Shown: positions 50,611 to 64,000 of the stretch, piece after piece
Layout: each line of letters begins with the position of its first letter
Position numbering within the stretch: position 1 is the first letter of the stretch
DNA from: Eledone cirrhosa
Lineage: Eukaryota
Direction: 5' to 3'
DNA: 64,000 bases
NCBI GenBank assembly: GCA_964016885.1
Contig: OZ024740.1
Location: 337,466,001-337,530,000 of the forward strand
Made by a program: the position numbers and the translations under genes
The notes under the pieces: model-generated
Told to the model about the DNA's origin: nothing
What the model saw: the letters and a program-made list of their open reading frames with translations, nothing else
Database searches by the model: none

Positions 50611-51159
50611 ATGTATCCATACATCCATAGGTACAAACATACAAGAATACATACATACATATAGACACACAATCATACATACATACATACACATGTACAT
50701 ACACACATACATACATTCATACAAACATACATACACACATACAAAATACATACATAGTAAGGAAGATACAAGAAAAAGAGGAAATCTACAGACCATTTGT
50801 GAGGAATTTGCAAATCTTGTACCCAAAATGCATCTTTAGTTTCATAGCTACATGATATATATACCAGCCCACCTGGATCAAAGTGTGACAATTTGGATTC
50901 TTGGAGAAAGAACGCAGCTCCTTAATTTATAAGGCACAAATAGACATATCTGGAGCCTTCAAAATCTGTAAATACTTTTAAGATACAAACGATAAATGAT
51001 GGTACAAGAAATGAAGGATATTTTCTTTTCTTTACAACCTTGCTACTGGGAAGGTGGCTAGACAAAAATAAACTTGAAATTAAAAAAAAGAGAAACATAC
51101 ATATGTATACATGAGTATGTGCACAGCTATTTATCTGTCTATATGTCTATCTGTTTATG

Positions 51160-51233
<74 letters not shown>

Positions 51234-51277
51234 CACCCATCTATCCATCTATCTATCTAGAAATCTATGTATCTATA

Positions 51278-52205
51278 ATCCGTCTGCTGTCAGCACCCTT
51301 CCAATGGAGGGCTGGGAATGCTGTGGCTGATGATGTGCAAACATGCGCTGAGGCTGCAGCATCTCCAGGTATTCCTCACCGACCCCCAACCGGTGTGGGC
51401 ACCGTTTGTGAGACAGGCTTTCCCGCAGCTCGTCTCACTGACGGAGCTGCAGTCCTGGGTCAAGAAAAGACCAAAAACGACGGGCGCCTGGCACATTGAA
51501 TGTGCTCAGGCGCTCACAGTCCTCTGGCAAGCGGGCACAGTAATCAGTGGAGACTCCACTTCAACATTCTATAGAGGGATTGTACGTTACAAGGGCGCGA
51601 CATACTCGGAGACTCTCTGGGTGTCGAAGACGATGAGCTCACCAGTCTGTTTGGTAGGACTTTCTGCCTGGGACCTATGGACAACTTGCAGAGGTCCCTG
51701 GCCTGGCAGTGCTACCGAGGAGCTCTACCAGTTCGTGACAAGATCTACAGGCACGGACGCCCTGGCAGGGATCCTTCGAAGAGGATGTGTCCAAGATGCG
51801 CTCAGGACATTGAAACCGTCCTGCACGCAATTGTACACTGCCCAGGCGTAACTGACCTGTAGAACTATGCAGAACAACTGTTGTCGTGTATGGGACAAAT
51901 CCATTTGACTGCTGAGTCCATAGTAAGGATCAAACCGCCAGCCTCTTTCAAAAACAAAAGAGAGGCGGTTTTCCTCTGTACGGTGGCTATGGTGAAAGAG
52001 GTTATATGGTGGACGAGATTGAGAAGACTGAGGACAGATGCCTTTCTCTCCGGACAACAATTGATTCCCTTCTTTAAGTATCACTTTAGAAGGGAATCAG
52101 AGTGGAGACAGAGGCACTGCACCCCAGTAAATTTACTAAAGGTAAGTGAATGTGGAAAAAATGGCCCGAATGATTGGGCCTTCTCTGTTTATAAGCCTGT
52201 AGGTT
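51278..52205 (+). mobile_element. Truncated Tx1 ORF2 fragment related to 27570-28485, preceded by (ATCT)n
   Basis: CCQHPSNGGLGMLW..LAWQCYRGALPVR..CPRC, with frameshifts and stops. Confidence 0.9.
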
Positions 52206-52724
52206 AAGGAAATCGGTTCTGTATGAACAAGACATGATCATCTGACCTCAGTTTGTTTCATATAGAACAACCCGTCTAACCCATGCTAGCATTGAAAATG
52301 GACGTTAAACGGTGATGATGATGATGATGATAATCCTTTTACAATTATACTGGTGACAGAAGGCAGGATTTCATCTTGGAAGGTACACAACTGCAACAGA
52401 TGCTGCCAAGAATCTCATATGACATTCTAATAAAACTGCCAATAACTCACCTTAAACTAATACTTTATTTAGTAAGCCAAATGGTTGAAAGGCAAAGTTG
52501 ACATAGCAGAATTTGAGCTTAAAGCATAAAGTACTCATCTACCACACATACATACGTACATACACACATTGGCATACAACAAATACTGGCTGATATTTGA
52601 ATAAAATGTTTCAACAACTCTACCATGTTATCACCTACTGGTCACAGACAGTTCAATGACAGAATTCAGTATAAAAATAAAGAAATACACAATTAGAAAG
52701 TACACATATATATATAATAATCAG

Positions 52725-52775
52725 GGCTTCCTGATGATTTCTCCTGAATGAAACAGTTCTAGTCCTGTAGAAGCC
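52725..52775 (+). ncRNA. Type I hammerhead ribozyme motif with intact core
   Basis: ggcttc CTGATGA t ttc tcct gaa t GAAA cag ttctagtc ctg TA gaagcc. Stem I is 6 bp, stem III 4 bp, with a GUA triplet. Confidence 0.8.
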
Positions 52776-53030
52776 ATTTCTATATTAAATATTTATACTC
52801 TGCTATGTATTGAGTACCTTATTTACTGTGGTTACCCCCGATTGAACCCGGGATAAATATATATATATATATATATATACGTGTGTATAATGGTAGCTAT
52901 GGTGCTTCAATAGGCGGTATGTCAAAACTAGCACTCAATATTCTTACAGAGCAGAGTGTGAATAGTATATATACTATATATATACTATATATATATATAT
53001 ATGTATGTAGTATTTATTATAAGAGCAGAG

Positions 53031-53127
53031 TAAAGTTTAAGCAAAGAATTTCTGCTTTCACCCTATTACGGGATCTTCTGAAGATCCTGTAAAAGGGTGA
53101 AAGCAGAAATTCTTTGCTTAAACTTTA
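53031..53127. repeat. 97-bp palindrome centred on a hammerhead core (CTGAAGA at 53078-53084)
   Basis: Axis at T53079. The right arm reads CTGAAGA tcctgtaaaagggt GAAA gcagaaattctttgc TT aaact. Confidence 0.9.
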
Positions 53128-53226
53128 ATCTGTATTAATAATAAATATTTGCTCTATGGGTTTATATATACTTTTATATATATCCTTATTGAGCCCCCTT
53201 TGGAGTTTGGTCTTCGTAATTATTAT

Positions 53227-53265
<39 letters not shown>

Positions 53266-56208
53266 AAATTGTTGACTGAATACACACGTGCTTTTTCTCA
53301 AAATGTTTTTCTGTTTCTTCCTCTTCTCTCTATCTTTTTATTTCATCTTTTATTTCTCATTCTATCTTCTGATGAAGGACTAGTGACTGAAACGTAGTAA
53401 AGACTCTTTTCATACTATGCCAAGTGTTAAACTAATATATTTCTTAATTTTACTGTTGTTTGCTTTGTTGTTTCCATGTACTTTTAGCATATATCATCAT
53501 CGTTTATATATATATGAAGAAGTTGCAGCAGTTTTAAATGAAAGGAAGATGTGGTGGAGGTAGGATAAGGAAGACTTGGATAGAGGTGGGAGAAGCAGAT
53601 ATTGCCAAGCAATGGGTTTATAAATGAGGATTATGTCAATGATGATGTTGATAATAATAATGATGATGACGATGATGAAGGTGTACATAAATGCATATAA
53701 ACATTGAGAAACTTTCACAGTGCAAGCCAATTTTATTACAGTTTCGTAAACAAGGATGTTTGAGAAAAATGACATAGCACATCAGAGAGCATATGAATAA
53801 ATTAATAAATTCTATATAAGAATATATAATATATTCCTAGCCTTTCTCTAAACACAATATTGGGAGATATAACCTCTGGAACAATCATATAATGTCTGAC
53901 AACTGAAGGTTGATAATTTCAAATTGTGAGTTTCAGCTATTCTCTTATAACAAACAGTCATGTTTTGGAAGATTTTCTTCAGAATCAATTGAATGTTGCT
54001 ATAGAAACAATAACAATCGATATAACTGAGCCTGACAGAGGCATCGTATCAATGTCATAAATATATATATACATATTTATTATACATGCATTATAACCAT
54101 ATCATAAATATATATGTATATGTCTGTTTATATATATATATATATATGAGTGTGTGTATGTGTGTATGCGTGTGTATATGTGTGTGTGTATATATGTGTA
54201 TGTGTGTGTGTATATAGGTGTGTATGTGTGTATATATATATACATATATATGTGTGTGTGTGTGTGTATATATGTGTGTGTATATGTATGTGTGTGTATG
54301 TATATACATATGTATGTATGTATGTATGTATGTATGTGTGTATATATATATATAATGATGATGGACATGTGCTGCATATGGAAGATGACAGCTGTTTAAA
54401 GAAGTGCAGAGAAATCTCAGTGGTTAGGACTTGTGGAAGCCATGGTATGTGGAAGTAAAGACTGACTTTAAGAAGCTTAAACTTACAATGGAGATTACAA
54501 AGGACTGCAAAATTGGTGATGGGTAGGAGACACATCTACAGGCATATATGTAACTCTTCCCTCTACCAGCAGTTCTTAGAAGCTATCCTAGCCATCATTG
54601 TGTACCCACTACATCAATGCTCCTTAGTAGCTATTTCTCAACATTACTGAACTTGCTCACTCTATTCATGCTTCACTCTTTAGTATCTATTCTTACATCA
54701 GTTCACTACCCCATCGAAAATCCTGACACACCAGTCATAATATCCTATGAGCTGCTCTCCTCAGAGTCTACAATCCCATGCTATTGAAGATAATTGCCCA
54801 TTCCACTAATTACCCTGTCAAATCACACCACACTTGTCATACATCCATAACATCGTACATATCCTTCTCACACACCCAAAGGGTAGAGAGCACTCTGCAT
54901 TTGAGTCAATGATCAACAATCTTTTTAGTGCAGGTAACATGAAAAATGCACCCAGTAAACCTTGGAAGGTTGTTGGCAACAAAAAGGGCTTCTCTCATTA
55001 GAAATCATGTTGAAAGGGGTCGAGAGGACTCTTTAGTTGTGTTAATGGCATGACAAGTGTTGGTGGCCTATATGATAAACATACCCAGTACACACAGTAA
55101 AGTGTTTGATGATAGGAAGGGCATTCAGCCATATAAAGCTTGACAAACAGAGAGTCAGAAGGACTTTTTCAGTTGTGTCAATAACATAATAACCTCCCCA
55201 GTCACCATGCCACAATAAAATGCACTTGGCAGAGTGCATGTGAAATATAGGCCCTCAGCTCGTTTGAGAGGTCAGTAGTTCCACTTGATTTTTGATTCAA
55301 TCTGTGAAGACCTGTCCAAACTTTGCCTGCATGGAAGACATGTTAAATGATAATGATGATATATATGTGTGTGTGTGTTTATATATATATAACTGTTTCT
55401 ACTTTTGGCACAAGGCCAGCAATTATCCCAGTGTATTACTGGTACTTTATTTTATTGACCCCGTAAGGATGAAAGGCAAAGTTAACCTCAGCGGGATTTG
55501 AACTCAGATCATAAAGGGCTGTAACTCTTTGATGCAAAGCATGGCGTCTGACCCTCTACCGATACTGCCAATCCATCGCCTTTGTGTGTATATATATATA
55601 TAACATTGAAAGAGATAGAAGGCCAAACAATGCAAAATGGACTGTAAGATGAGGTAACGAAAAGTAAAAGTTACCTGGTAATCTTTGTTTTGTTTTGTTT
55701 GGGCAACTGTGATATGTTCCATTGTGCCATGATTTCTATGGTTTGATGCCCTTCCTAATACCAACCACTTCATAGCATCCACTGGGTTTGTTTTCTTGTG
55801 GTACAATCACTACTAGCTGATAGGGAAGGCTGAGTGCTTTTTTTTATGGTACCTCCACTACCACTTCACAAAGTGGGTTGAGTGTATTTTATTGTGGTAT
55901 TAGTTCTACTACATTTAAACACTAGCTAGACAGTGAGCACAGTGATACAGAGTGGTGAAAGTGGGGTTTGGGCTGCATGTTACAAGAGGGAGAGGTGAAG
56001 TTGCCTAGGGTAAATGAGTGACATCTGACAATATTCTGTGTGGTGGAGCTCAGCATGGGCTTACGATGAGAAACAATGAACGAGTGAGCATTTATTGGAA
56101 TTGATATTTGTTCTTTGTCTCTTATTCTTTCATTGTATTTCAGATACTAATAAATATATAAAGTAAACATAATACTTCACAAGTAGATGTTATTGTATAT
56201 AGGTTCAG

Positions 56209-56240
<32 letters not shown>

Positions 56241-56272
56241 TGTATGTATGTATGTATGTATGTATGTATGTA

Positions 56273-57330
56273 GATGACCGGGAGAGATGACCCCTTAGCC
56301 TTTGTCAAGGCAGAATTCTAGGAGAAGGAAAACTCTGATATAACACCTGCAACCCTGATGGTATCCAATGATGTTGACTTGTTCTTCTTTTTGGTAAATA
56401 TCATCTTGGTTAAGAGAGTGGGACTGGCTTTGTGCAGTGCCTTTGCTCACTATAAAAGCTTCACAGCACAGGCATTGCTTTATATCTGGAGATCTCTCTG
56501 CACTTGTCATCACATGGTACCATGGGCCCTGCACTATGTGTCAATAATGGTCACAAGTGTAGTCTTTGTACCAGAGTTTTCAAGTCGCTGGCTGGACTAA
56601 AAAGTCACATTCGTTCAGCGCATCGGTAGGGGTTCTCCTACATGGATATAAAGTAGTGGCCGTACTCGAAAACGAGTTGGCAGCCACCATGTATGTATGT
56701 ATGTATGTATGTATGTATATATGTCAGGTCACCAGTTGGTGTTACTGGTAACATGTATCCCAGTACAACCTGTCTCATGGTCGGGTCGTTGGCGACTAAA
56801 CTGGCAACCCCACCAAGGTTTCTTGGTGAGGAGGGTGATTTTGGACATCCTGCAGGACTAAAAACAAAACCTGTCAAAGGGCAAAGGAGCTCTTAAGAGT
56901 CAATGGCCATCCAAAATCACCGGGAGAGATGACCCCTTAGCCTTTGTCAAGGCAGAATTCTAGGAGAAGGAAAACTCTGATATAACACCTGCAACCCTGA
57001 TGGTATCCAATGATGTTGACTTGTTCTTCTTTTTGGTAAATATCATATTGGTTAAGAGAGTGGGACTGGCTTTGTGCAGTGCCTTTGCTCACTATAAAAG
57101 CTTCACGGCACAGGCATTGCTTTATATCTGGAGATCTCCCTGCACTTGTCGTCACATGATACCATGGGCCCAGCACTATGTGTCAATAATTTTCACAAGT
57201 GTAGTGTTTGTACCAGAGTTTTCAAGTCGCTGGCTGGACTATAAAGTCACACTTGTTCAGCGCATTGGTAGGAGTTCTCCTACATGGATATAAAGTAGTG
57301 GCCATACTCGAAAACGAGTTGGCAGCCACC
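56273..57330 (+). mobile_element. Tandem truncated (56273-56688) and full (56724-57330) copies of the (TATG)-associated RTE-derived element
   Basis: Near-identical to 2255-2861, separated and flanked by (tatg)n. A diverged relative lies at 57672-58025. Confidence 0.88.
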
Positions 57331-58099
57331 ATGTATGTATGTATGTTTTTATAATTTTATAAAATTTTACCAATAGAGAGAGAGTCAGTTTCTAATATGT
57401 GTTCGGTAAATTGTTGTTGTTGATGTTGTGTCTAGCCAAGCTGTTTGTAGCAAAGCCTTGTAAAATGAATTATGTATTTAGTCGGATATCTCTACGAATT
57501 TTAATAAAAGGTGTCTTCAGTGGATATAGTTGGAAGAATATCCAGTTATTCAAAACGACTGGTAGTTGTGGTATTACTGTCAGAGATAGTATTCATCTTA
57601 AATTTAATGAATAGTCTCCCACACCAAAATGTGTGACTGATCGTATTGATTGTATGCCTATGTATGTATATGTCAGGCCGCTCTTCAGTGCTACTGGTAA
57701 CATGTAACCCAGTACAACCTGTGCATGGTTGGGTCGTTGGTGATTAAAATGGCAACCCTACCAAGCTTGCTTGGTGAGGAGTGTGATTTTGGAAACCCTT
57801 CAGGATGAAAAATAAAACCTGTCAAAGGACGGAGGAACTCAGGAGAGTTAATGGCCATCCAATAATTTTAATGTTTTTTTTAGGGGGAAGTAGAGTGAGA
57901 GACCCTTCGTCTTCATTAAGACATCACTCTAGGAGAAGGTCACTCTAATGTAAAACCTGTGACTTTGTTTGCATCCAATGACGTAGACCAGTTCTTCTTT
58001 TTAGGTAAGAGATGGTTCCCTTCCATGTATGTTTGTATTTAAATATGTATGTTATGTAGTATGTATGTATCTATGCATTGAAAGTATCATCCACCAATG

Positions 58100-58700
58100 A
58101 TATTTGCAATGAACTGGATACCTCTGCAGAATGGAGGGTGATCGAATCCCGAAACAACTTTTGTATGGCGAACTTTGTAAAGGTAAGAGACCACCTCACA
58201 AACCAAAGCTCCAATTCAAAGATTGTGTAAAGGACTCATTGAAAAAAACTGCTTTAATGTTGACTGATTGGGAGATTGAAAGAGAAACTTGGCATGGAAT
58301 GGTGAATGATGGGGTCCATAATTTTGAGGACAGATGCATAGAGGATGAGAAGATCAAATAGGATGCGTGTAAGGAATGCCCTGGTGTATCTCTCAAAATG
58401 ATTGGTGTCTCCATTGAATTGGTGTGCTCTGAGTGTGGAAAAATTTGCTTGAGCAAATCTGGTTTCAGGAGCCACAGTCGCAGTAATGTTCAAAGAGAAC
58501 CAATGAACTATGATCTCCACAGTATTGCGAAGGTTCACAGGCAACCTGATGCAAGACCTGAGATCAGAGAGATCCAAAGTTGTTGTCAATGTGCGAAGGA
58601 GTGAAAGTCTCTAGCAGGCTTGAAAAGACATATCCGAGCGTCACACATCTGAATCTGACAAGCGATTGCAATACTCTTAGTAGAGTTTGCAGCCATTATG
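58100..58700 (+). mobile_element. RTE-clade LINE 3' fragment with C2H2-like fingers and (TATG)n tail
   Basis: RMEGDRIPKQLLYGEL..KPKLQFKDCVK and CSECGKICLSKSGFRSH. Confidence 0.85.
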
Positions 58701-59364
58701 TATGTATGTATAAATGTATGTTGTGTGTATGTTATGTATTTATGCATGTTGTGTATTTATGTATGTATAAATATATGTATGCATACCCTTGCAAGCAGGG
58801 AAAAGCGGACATAAAATGATGATGATGATGTATGTATAAATGTATATATGTATGTGTATATATATATATGTATGTATGTATAAATCTATGTTTGTATAAA
58901 CATTTCTCCCAATTTCCAAGCCTAAAGTAACCAATTCCTTGTTACTATAATATGATAGTAGATAGTACATAACAACAGACAAGAAAACAGCAGAAGGTAA
59001 GAAAAGAAAAGAGAACAAACCCATGAGGTTTTCTCCTTGAGATATTACCAGCCCCTCCTGCCCCTCCCCTCCTCCTAACCCTACCATTCTACTACTTCTA
59101 CTCAACACAACTAATTCCTTATTGCCATTTCAGATCCTATTTGCTATATTCCACACAATTTACATTTGCACACCGTGTTATTTCAACCTTTTAAATATCT
59201 TCATATTTTGCAGTTTTTTCCCCTCTTTCTACTCAGAAAACTGAATTTCAACAAAACGACACAGTTTTTGGAGTTTATTAGCTCAAGTTGATATATTGGG
59301 AGTTGTTTTATTTTTTTCAACATATTCTCACTTCTACACTCATATTTACTGTGGCATATATATG

Positions 59365-59456
59365 TGTGTGTATATGTGTGTAAATGTCTTTCTTATAGTG
59401 GTATATATATATGTATGTATGTGTGTGTGTGTGTGTAAATGTTTTTCTTATAGTGG

Positions 59457-59489
<33 letters not shown>

Positions 59490-59521
59490 GTGTGTGTGTG
59501 TAAATGTCTTTCTTATAGTGG

Positions 59522-59556
<35 letters not shown>

Positions 59557-59576
59557 AAATGTCTTTCTTATAGTGG

Positions 59577-59609
<33 letters not shown>

Positions 59610-59640
59610 AAATGTCTTTCTTATAGTGATATATATATAT
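59365..59640. repeat. ~55-65-bp minisatellite (tgtaaatgtctttcttatagtggtata..gtgtg), 5 copies
   Basis: Directly visible. Confidence 0.9.
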
Positions 59641-60450
59641 ATATATAATATATATGTATGTTTGAGGTATGTGTATTTTATATGGTAGTCTATGTGTATA
59701 TTTTTGTGTCAATGCTACTGTGTGTGTGTGTATGTATGTGTGAACGTATGTATATCATGTGCGTATGTGATTGTTGATAAGTGTGTGTGTGTGTGTGAAT
59801 ATGTATGTAGAGTCTGAATAGGTGTGTGTGAATGTGAGTTTATCTTTTGTATCATTACCTATGTGTGTGTATGTTTTTTGAGTATATGTGTCACTGTTAC
59901 TATGTGTTAGTGTGAATGTGTGTATATGTGGTGTCATTGTGAATGTCTATAAGTGTCCTTGCATAGGTGTGTGTGTGTGGATATGTGCATATGTCTGTGT
60001 GTGTGTTATGACAGAACATATGTCAGCATGAATATGTGTATGTTATGTGTGTGAATATGTACATGTTATGTGTGTGAGTGTATCTGTGTTTTTGTGATTA
60101 TATGTGTACCTGTTTCAGAATATAAAACATACAAGGACTTGTTTGAATTTATACATTTTATGTACATGTATATAAGCATATATGTATATATGTATATATG
60201 TGTGTAGATAAATGTACACTAAAGAATTCATGATGTTGAATATAAACTAGAGAAAAGTAATCTATTATTATATATATAAGGGAATTTATATACATATATA
60301 TCTCACATACATACATACATATGTATGTGTGTATATCTATCTGTATATATATACACACACATATATACATATATATATATATACATACATATATATATAT
60401 ATATTAATATATATATACATACATTTATATATATATATATATATACATAC

Positions 60451-60482
<32 letters not shown>

Positions 60483-61385
60483 GTGGAATATATAATATAC
60501 AGTATATGTGCAATATTTATGATATAATATATATATATGCATATATATATATATATATATGCATATATATATATGCATATTTATGATATATGCATATATA
60601 TATGTACATGAACATATATATGCATTTATTAAAAAACGTGTAACTGTTTACACATACTACTTGATATAGATGTTCACACACACTCACAAACACATAAGGA
60701 TACATCATATATATACAATACATATTTATACATTTAGTGATATGTAATCTCTTTTCAAAAAGTCCATTGGGAAATTTTCTCCCTGAGTTGTTTTAAAAAT
60801 AGTCGTCCATTACTAAAAAGTTTACATTTCATAGTATTTTTTTTCATTTTAAAATTTCTTTTTGTTCCATCACAGTTCCCAAAATATTTTTCTGAAATAT
60901 CCTCTTGTATCTTCATACTGTATTTCCAAATATTACCTACATCATAATTTGAACCCCTCAAGCAGCTTGTTTGTGAAAAGTCGTACTTTTTGAAATATAG
61001 TATATAATAGAACAAACATCAATATCTAGTTGTCTTCTTGTTAGTTTAACTCTAGTTCAGCTCTGATCCAACAGAATTATGATCAGGATTGCTGCTACCT
61101 TTCAGAAAAATCAGGCAGCCATCTGGTGTACATTACTGAAACTTAAACCAGCTGTATCTGGCCAGAATTCTCCCACCTCTTTCTGCTCAAGCCAGCTGTA
61201 ATTGGCTGCTTATACTGACGTTAAGGTATTATTCTCAAAATAAATAACATCAAAATCTCGAAGATTTGATATTATGTGAGATAAAGCCTTTAACACAAAA
61301 AATACAATAGTATATATAGAGTAACGTAAATACTGAAGGGTTAAGTGATCACAGTTTTATACAAATTTGTATTATTAACTTAAAT

Positions 61386-61547
61386 ATGGCATTCAATGAT
61401 TTTTTTTTTATGGATCACAGGAAATTATTAAATATTTAAGTTAATAATTGTTTCTACCTTTGCTGGCCTTGTGCCAAAAGTAGAAACAATTATTAACTTA
61501 AATATTTAAGAATTTCCTGCGATCCATAAGAAATCATTGAATGCCAT
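61386..61547. repeat. 162-bp imperfect palindrome centred on a SINE family 2 3' end
   Basis: atggcattcaatgattt..aattgtttctac pairs with gtagaaacaatt..aaatcattgaatgccat. The centre contains gctggccttgtgcc. Confidence 0.9.
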
Positions 61548-62891
61548 TGCTGGATAGAAACATTGTGGGAATATCCAAGTTGGTGGAGAGGGTCATATTG
61601 TGACCAGTAATACAAATTTGAGATGGGTGAGTGTAGAACATATATAATCATAGCTCTGATCGATCAATGTAAGCATTTCTTTTTACTGTTTTGGAGTGGA
61701 AGTAAGGGGCTTGTACCTGCGGCCTTCATGGGCTCTCCAAGGCTTGCGTATGAGGCTAAACAATAACAAAACGATTCTCAAAGTACTGCTGAGTTGCAAA
61801 TCAATATAGTATAGTTATAAAATGCTTGCATTCATATGTACATAGATTCACACAAGAAACAAGGGCCAAAAGCATGTTTTCATTCCTCAGTTAAGGCATG
61901 TTTCATTGTTTCATTTTCTTTTTAATCTTTGTGCAACAGCTGTGATTTGAGTTTCCTATGTCATTTCTTTCAGCTGTTGCACTTCTTTAACCTACCCAGT
62001 AATTTATTGGACATTGCCAAAATGACTGTATGGCCACTCTGTTCTGATACAAACCCACTTACACATAGAAGAGTTATTGATTTAAAAAACTTCAAATAAA
62101 GTCCACAAAGTTTTGGGGTTGGTTGGGAACATGTAGTCAATTTAATCAACTTCTCCTCGCCTATAAAAGGAATCATCATCATTTTTCATTTCATTTTACG
62201 TCCGCTTTTTCCCTGCTTGCAAGGGTGGGACGGGAACTGATTCTGGCTTGATTTCTACAGCTGGATGCCCTTCCTAACACCAACCTCATTTACAGTGAGT
62301 GCTGGGTGCTTTTTTGTCGTGGCACCTGCACGACCACTTTGCAGTGGAATGATAGGGACTCCAGTCCCTATCATCTCATTTCTACAGCTGAGTAAACTGG
62401 AGCAATGTGAAATAAAGTGCCTTGCTCAAGGAAACAACACATCACCTGGTCTGAGAATTGAACTCACAACCTTTCGATTGCAAGGCCAACACTCTAACCA
62501 CTAAGCCATGTGCCTCCAATATATATATATATTTGTATGTATGCATACATATATATATATGTATGCATACATATATATATATATGTGTATGTGGAAAAAC
62601 TAACTTTAAACAGTGATGATAATGATGATATATATATATATTATTGCTAAGTTAATTGAGTTTCAGATTCTATATGTTACAGTACATTAATTTCAGATTC
62701 ATTATTTTACTTTCATTATTTGGAAATTCTTTATTAACACAAAGTGAAAGGGTATTTCGTAATTCATTTTAATGAAAGTATATTCTTTCATTCGTATTGA
62801 ATTTGAAACTAACTCACAAAAGATGAAACTAAATTAATGTGCCAATAACAAATAATTCACATACCAATAATGAAAAATACCATATGTTATA

Positions 62892-62950
<59 letters not shown>

Positions 62951-63416
62951 CACTCTTTAAGGTGGTTTTCCTGATGCCACTACAACAATCAACAAGTGGA
63001 CCCTGTAAAGTGATAGCGCTGGTGCCATGTAAAAAGTGCCCTGTTCACCTTGTAAGGTGGTTGTACTGGTGTCATATTAAAAAGCACTTTATCCACAAGA
63101 GAAGGTGTTAGTACTAGTACCACATAAAATCTTCCAGTACACATTGTAATGTAGTTGGCATTATGAAGTGTATATGGCCATAGAAAACCAAGCCCCTCCA
63201 AATGGAGCAATTTAGTAAGACAGAGTAACATGACTTGTCTAACCTCATAATGTGACAGACCATCAAACCCATGCTAACATGTAAAATAAACATTAAACGG
63301 TGAACTGTTATCAATTCATCTGCACATTGAAAATGTTTCTTTCTGAAAAAAATTATAACACTAGATTAATGCATTGTCTCACATCATCTTATTCTTTCAT
63401 TATTTATCACTCATAG

Positions 63417-63449
<33 letters not shown>

Positions 63450-64000
63450 TATGTCATACATGTGTGTGCATGTGCGTGCATGTGCGTGCATGTGTGTGTG
63501 TGTGCGTTATTTCTTTTTCTCGGAGGTTATTGAAATGCAAGTAACATTTTAGGAAAAATAAATTAATCCTGTTATCTCTGTTATATGGTTCTAACAAATG
63601 AGAAAAAGTACTCAATACTACATTAGAGTGTAGTAATTTATTTCACCTAATCTAGTCACCCATCTTTACTCTTTTACTGGTTTTAGTTATTAGACTGCAC
63701 TCATGCTGGAGCAAAGCATCACCTGCAAGTGTTTTAATCAATAATATAGACCCTAGTACTTCTTTCATATGTCTGGTAGTCATTTCATCGATCCCTATTT
63801 GTTGAACTGCTAAGTTACAGGATATAAACAAAGAGTGTTACTTATTAAGTAAACACAAACACAATGTCACATACATTCATACATACATGCATAAATACAT
63901 ACATGCATACATACATACATGCATACATGAGGATTGCAGCATCTTCACAGTGATTGCCGTCTCTTATTGATTCTTCGTTATCATCCCATCTGCGTCCATG

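Noticed and set aside
59365-59640. CRISPR-like repeat-spacer pattern
   Set aside because: The spacers are TA/TG microsatellite, the context is eukaryotic and there are no cas genes.

Overview
AT-rich, microsatellite-dense animal DNA. The repeat families and 5S sequence suggest an octopus or other coleoid cephalopod (inference). The window lies inside a plus-strand Munc13-4/BAIAP3-like gene: three phase-0 coding exons (8847-8921, 10297-10401, 42380-42661) join into a MUN-domain peptide across a ~32-kb intron. The introns hold RTE LINEs, a near-full-length Tx1 element sitting in (ATCT)n, CR1, R4-like, RTEX-like and Penelope fragments, a mariner relic, a Helitron, MITE-like elements, several tRNA-derived SINE families and a 5S rRNA retrocopy. 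The most notable hidden layer is about a dozen type I hammerhead ribozyme motifs from about seven sequence families. They sit in short non-coding elements, mostly within (TA)n. Several elements are fold-back palindromes whose axis lies in or next to the ribozyme, one looks like a terminally redundant 670-bp monomer, and several share a downstream TGCTCT..ATTGAG motif. This points to a Penelope-dependent, retrozyme-like mobile RNA system. All structures were read by eye; no folding, alignment or database search was run.
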